From Mobula hypostoma (taxonomy: Eukaryota), in NCBI RefSeq assembly GCF_963921235.1, contig NC_086101.1:9612001-9676000 (forward strand): 64,000 nucleotides of DNA. The letters are read 5' to 3'. This document shows positions 59,068-64,000 of the stretch, in pieces (the stretch's first letter is position 1; each line of letters begins with the position of its first letter). Below the pieces are notes generated by a model. That model saw only the letters and a list, made by a program, of their open reading frames with translations, ran no database searches and had not been told where the DNA came from. The position numbers and the translations under genes were made by a program.

Positions 59068-61375
59068 TCAGGACCAGGTTTAATATCACTGGCATATGTT
59101 GTGAAACTTGTTGTTTTGTGGCAGCACTGCTGTGTAATATGTAATACAAATAACTATAAATCACAATTAGAAATATATACACAGAACCCTGAAAAAGTCT
59201 TAAGCATCCTCGCTGTATATATGTGCCAAAGACTTCTGCACAGTGCTGTGTATTAAAATTCAATAAGTAGTGCAAAATAAAAAGGAAAAAAATAGTGAGG
59301 TAATGTTCATGGGTTCATTGTCCCATCAGAAATCTGATGGTGGAGGGGGAGAGACTGTGCCTGAATAGTTGAGTGAGTGTTTTCAGGCTCCTGTACCTCG
59401 TCCTTAATGGTAACAATGAGAAAGGGCACGTCCAGTGTGATGGGGGTCCTTAGCGATGGATGCTGCCTTTTTGGGCATCACCTTTTGAAGGCGTCTTGGA
59501 TGCCAGGGAGGCTAGTGCCCATGATGGAGCAGGCTGAGCTTACAACTTCTGGCAGCTTTTTTCCGGAACCTGCGTAATGGCCTCACCATGCCAGATGGCG
59601 ATGCAGCCAGTTAGAATGCTTTCCACCGTATACCTGTAGAAATTTGCGAGCGTCTTTGGTGACATACCAATTCTCCTGAAGCTCAATGAATTTTAGCCAC
59701 CGTCTTGCCAGCTTTGTAATTACAACGATATGTTGGGCTCAGGATAGGTCCTCAGCAAAGGTGATACCCAGAAATTGCTTTCCTTTACCAGTTCTGATCT
59801 CTCAGTGAAGACTGGTTTGTGTTCCCTTAACTTCCCCTTCCTGCAGTCCACAAACAATTCCTTGTTCTGACTTACACTGAGTGCAAGCTTGTTGCTGCCT
59901 CACCACCTCAGCCGCTACTCTATCTTGCTCCCTTAACGCCTCTTCAACACCATCTAAAATTCTCCAACAATAGTTGTGGCATCGGCAGATTTATAGATGG
60001 CATTTGAGGCGTACCTGTTCACACAGTTGTGGGTGTGGAGCCGTGGGCTGAGCACGCATCCTTGAAGTGCGTCAGTGTCGATTGTCAGCGAGGAGGGGAT
60101 GTTATCTCTGTTCCGCACAGACTGTGGTCTCCTGGTGAGGAAGTCAAGGATCCAGTCGCAGAGGCCCTGGTTTTGGAGCTTTTTGATTAGAACGGAGGGT
60201 ATGATTGTGTTGAGCACTGAGTTGTAGTCAATAAACAGCAGTCTGATGTAGGTATTACTGTTGTTCAGCTGATCCAAGACCGAGTGGAGAGCCAGTGAGA
60301 CTGCATTCATTGTAACCTCTTGTGGTGACAGGCAAATTGAAGTGGGCCCTGCTCTTTCCTTAGGCATAAGTTGATTCTAGCCATGACCAACCTCTCAAAG
60401 CACTTCATCACGATAGACGTGACGGCCACTGGGTGATAGTTGCTGAGGCAGCTCATCTTGCTCTTTGGTCAGAGGTTTCTTTAAGATGGCCTGGTCGAAA
60501 TCTCCTGCAATGATAAGGAAAGCATCGAGGTGTACACCATCTCGGGCCTGATGGTAACATTCCTCAACTCCTCCTGAGCCTGCCTTGAGGTGGAGTGAAC
60601 ACCATTACCAGGATGATGGAGGAAAGCCCCCTTGGTAGATAAAGTGGACGAGATAAAGTTCTGCAGCTGTACAGGGCCCTGGTGAGACCACACCTGGAGT
60701 ACTGTGTGCAGTTTTGGTCTCCAAATTTGAGGAAGGACATTCTTGCTATTGAGGGAGTGCAGCGTAGGTTCACAAGGTTAATTCCCGGGATGGCAGGACT
60801 GTCATATGTCGAAAGATTGGAGCGACTGGGCTTGTATACTCTGGAATTTTGAAGGCTGAGAGGGGATCTTATTGAAACATATAAGATTATTAAGGGATTG
60901 GACACACTGCAGGCAGGAAGCATGTTCCCGCTGATGGGTGAGTCCAGAACCAGAGGCCACAGTTTAAGAATAAGGGGTAGGCCATTTAGAATGGAGTTGA
61001 GGAAAAACTTTTTCACCCAGAGAGTGGTAGATATATGGAATGCTCTGCCCCAGAAGGCTGTGGAGGCCAAGTCTTTGGATGCTTTCAAGAAAGAGATGGA
61101 TAGAGCTCTTAAAGATAGCAGAATCAAGGGTTATGGGGATAAGGAAGGAACTGGATACTGATTGTGGATGATCAGCCATGATCACAGTGAATGGCGGTGC
61201 TGGCTCGAAGGGCCGAATGGCCTACTCCTGCACCTATTTTCTATTGTCTATTATCTATTGACATTTGACTGCTTGATGTTCCAGGTTGGGTGAGCAGGAC
61301 TGAAACAGAACTGGCATGTTTGTGCACCACAATGAGTTAATCTTAAAGCATACTCCACCTCTGCTGCCTTTTAAA
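59068..61375 (-). mobile_element. Internally deleted Rex/Babar element (APE + RT + 3' end) split by a CR1
   Basis: GGVCFKINSLWC..CSPNLEHQAVKC|RPLYLPRG across the CR1 insertion; RLLFIDYNSVLNTII RT remnant. Confidence 0.82.
60652..61260 (+). mobile_element. CR1 3' fragment with (CTATTGT)n tail
   Basis: LQLYRALVRPHLEYCVQFW..RKNFFTQRVV translation. Confidence 0.92.
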
Positions 61376-64000
61376 GTCTGAGTTGTTAGAAATTCAGAAG
61401 TTAGAAGTTAGATGTTAGATATTAGAAGTTTATAAAATATGGGTGGCAGAGGTGGGTTAGACCAGTAATATCTTTGTCCCAGGGTATTAATGTTTTATAT
61501 TTGAGGGTATGCATTTAACGTAAGGGGAAAAGCTTAAAGAAGTTGTGTGTGATGAAGTTTTCACACAGAGAGTGCTGGTTGCCTGGAATGGACTGCCAAG
61601 GGTATGACAGTGGTGTTCAAGACAGGGAGATGTAGTTGAATCAGCACGGACATTGCAGGCCAAGGGACCTGTTCCTGTGCAGTACCCTTCTATGTTCTGT
61701 GAAAGTTGTGCTGCTACCTCACCAGTACAGTGACCTTCCATTGTATTCTCTCTGTGTAGAGTCTGCACGCTCTCTCCTGTGTCTGCATGGATATCCTGCT
61801 GGGTTCCCTGGTTTCCTCTAAAATCCTGAAGGTGGATTGGTCACATTGTATTACCCCATGTGTCATCAGAAAGAAGTGAAGTGCCTGTGAGACTGGATAG
61901 GGTGAGCAGAATAAGGGGAGGAATGGGTTTACTCCAGCAGGAGCTGGGATTAACCCAATGGGCCAAATGGCCTGTGTTTCTAATTTCAGGAATATGGATC
62001 TATGCCCCAATATTTCAGAAAGCAAAAGTGTACAGCAGGAATACTGCAGAGATAGTATCTTAGAGTGATAGAGAACTACAGTCAGAAACTTGCCATTTGG
62101 CCCAGCTAGATCATGCCAAACTATCATTCTGCCTCACTCTATTGACCTGCAACCCCTTCCCATCCATGTACCTATGCAAATTTCTCTTCAGTGTTGAAGT
62201 AGAACTTGTTTCCAGCACATCCACTGGCAGCTCGTTCCACCCTCTCACCATCCTCTGAGTGAAGATCAAAGCCCCTAGGTCGATCAGAAATCCAGAGCTC
62301 GAGGCCCAAATGGCCGGAGTGATCAGAGATGCAGACGTAATTATTTATCACATGTACATTGAAACTTACAGTAAAATGTGCTGTTTGCATTGACAGCAAA
62401 CGGATGAGCAGGGGGCAGCCCACAGGTGTCACCACACATCCCGTGCCACCTAGATCACACAGTTTGACACACCCTGCACATGGGCTGCTTGTCCCACTCC
62501 CATCCAGGAGAAGGCTGCAGGTCCACCACTCAGAAACAGTGTCTTTCCTCAAGCAGTAAGGCTGATCGACACCTCCACCCACTAACTCACCCTCCTCAGC
62601 CCCAACCACCACTACTTTATGATTTCCTAACAGAGTCACCTAATGCGCATACACTCCTGTGCCTAAGGATTCAAAGATTTAAGTACATTTACTATCCAAA
62701 TATGCTTACAGAATACATCTCTGGGATTCATTCTTCCAAATGCAGCCACTCTATGAGGCTCTATGGAAACTCTGTGGGACCCGTTCAAAGAAAACATCAG
62801 ACTCCCCCCAAATGTGCACAAAGAGAACAAATTGTGCAAATGGAAAAAAGCGAGAGAACACATAGAATAAAGTAACATCAAGCCAAGGGTCCAGGAGAAT
62901 CACTTTGGTTCAGTTTAATTCCACTCCACTAGCCGAGTACAGCCTGCAGAGCAAGTCTTCACCAAGATACCCCCTCCTCACCGATCGCTCCAATCAAACC
63001 ATTCAAAAACAGAAAAAAAGAGCACTCAGAATCAGAAATACTTGCAATATGAACTGCAAAGTACCCCAAAACAATTCCATAGCTACGAGCCTCGCTGAAC
63101 AACATGGAGCCTAAGTCTCCTGCAATTCCTTCCAACCGCAGCTAGCAAGAGGCAAAGGACAACTGGTCAAATGCAGGCCAACAGTGCCGCACACCTGCCC
63201 ATCCCCCATTCTCATCTTCAACGACTTCAACTTCGCTTCACGCGTCAATCGAAGAGGAGCGTGGGCTCACTTTCCGCGTCCAGGCTCCCAGGCTTCCAGA
63301 CCTCCAGACCGCAGACCCCACCCCCAGCTTTGCCTTCGGAGACAACAAATCACTCAATCAGCCCAAAAGCAACACCACCCAGATGTAATTCACAGGTTCC
63401 AATGGCACATAGCTGAGTTGTAGAAACGTGTTTCAAAGAAGAAGTAAAAGAAGTTTGAACTGCTGGCAGGTTGTTGCTGGTGGAACGCAGTGGGTGGAGC
63501 AGCATCTGAGGGAGCCCTGGAGCCAGCAGTGATAACTTCAGTCACACCAACACTGAACTGTTCCACAATCTATGCACCCGCTTTCACGGGCTCATCATCT
63601 CATGCTCCCCATAGTTATTGCTGATTTATTTATTTTTATTATTTTGTTTGTTTTGTTTTTCTTTTTTATATCAGCACAGTCCGTTTTTTGCACATTGGTT
63701 GTGCGTCCACCTTGTTGTGCGGAGTCTTTCATTAATTCTATCGTGTTTCATTGTGCTTACTGTGAATGCCCACAAGAGATCAATCCCAGGGTTGTATATG
63801 GTGACAAACATGTACTTTGGTAACAAATTTACTTTGAACTTTGATCTGGAGTCAGAGTTTCAACTCTCTAATTGTCAGTTTGCCTGACTCTCTGAGTTCC
63901 TACAGTCTTGTGCTTACTGATATAAAAAATATTCTACACCACTGTACATTAGGGGCGATTGCACAGGAATGAAATAAGTTGCAGACTTGTAAGATTAGTC

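Overview
Vertebrate, repeat-saturated non-coding DNA. The repeat repertoire (CR1/HER1-type LINEs, V-SINE/HE1-like SINEs, Rex/Babar LINEs, RTE LINEs, Penelope-like elements, Tc1 and hAT relics) suggests a cartilaginous fish, probably a ray; this is an inference. Almost every ORF in the track is a retroelement fragment or a chance ORF, and no complete host gene is visible. Main signals: (1) A Neptune-type Penelope-like element (PLE) family carries a minimal type-I hammerhead ribozyme (consensus AGTC-CTGAYGA-A-GGGTCTCGGCCC-GAAACGTC^GACT). It is present in about 10 intact or decayed copies, including fold-back insertions and discrete ~100-bp ribozyme cassettes with 11-12 bp target-site duplications (TSDs). 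(2) Short non-repetitive islands repeatedly carry NF-kB/ETS/IRF/AP-1/RUNX motif clusters, plus a candidate ISRE-TATA promoter and a 52-nt phase-1 signal-peptide exon, hinting at an immune-regulated gene with very long introns. (3) There is an inversion flanked by inverted duplications and a probable ectopic gene-conversion tract between two Rex copies 18.8 kb apart. Boundaries of old repeats are approximate and were read by eye.
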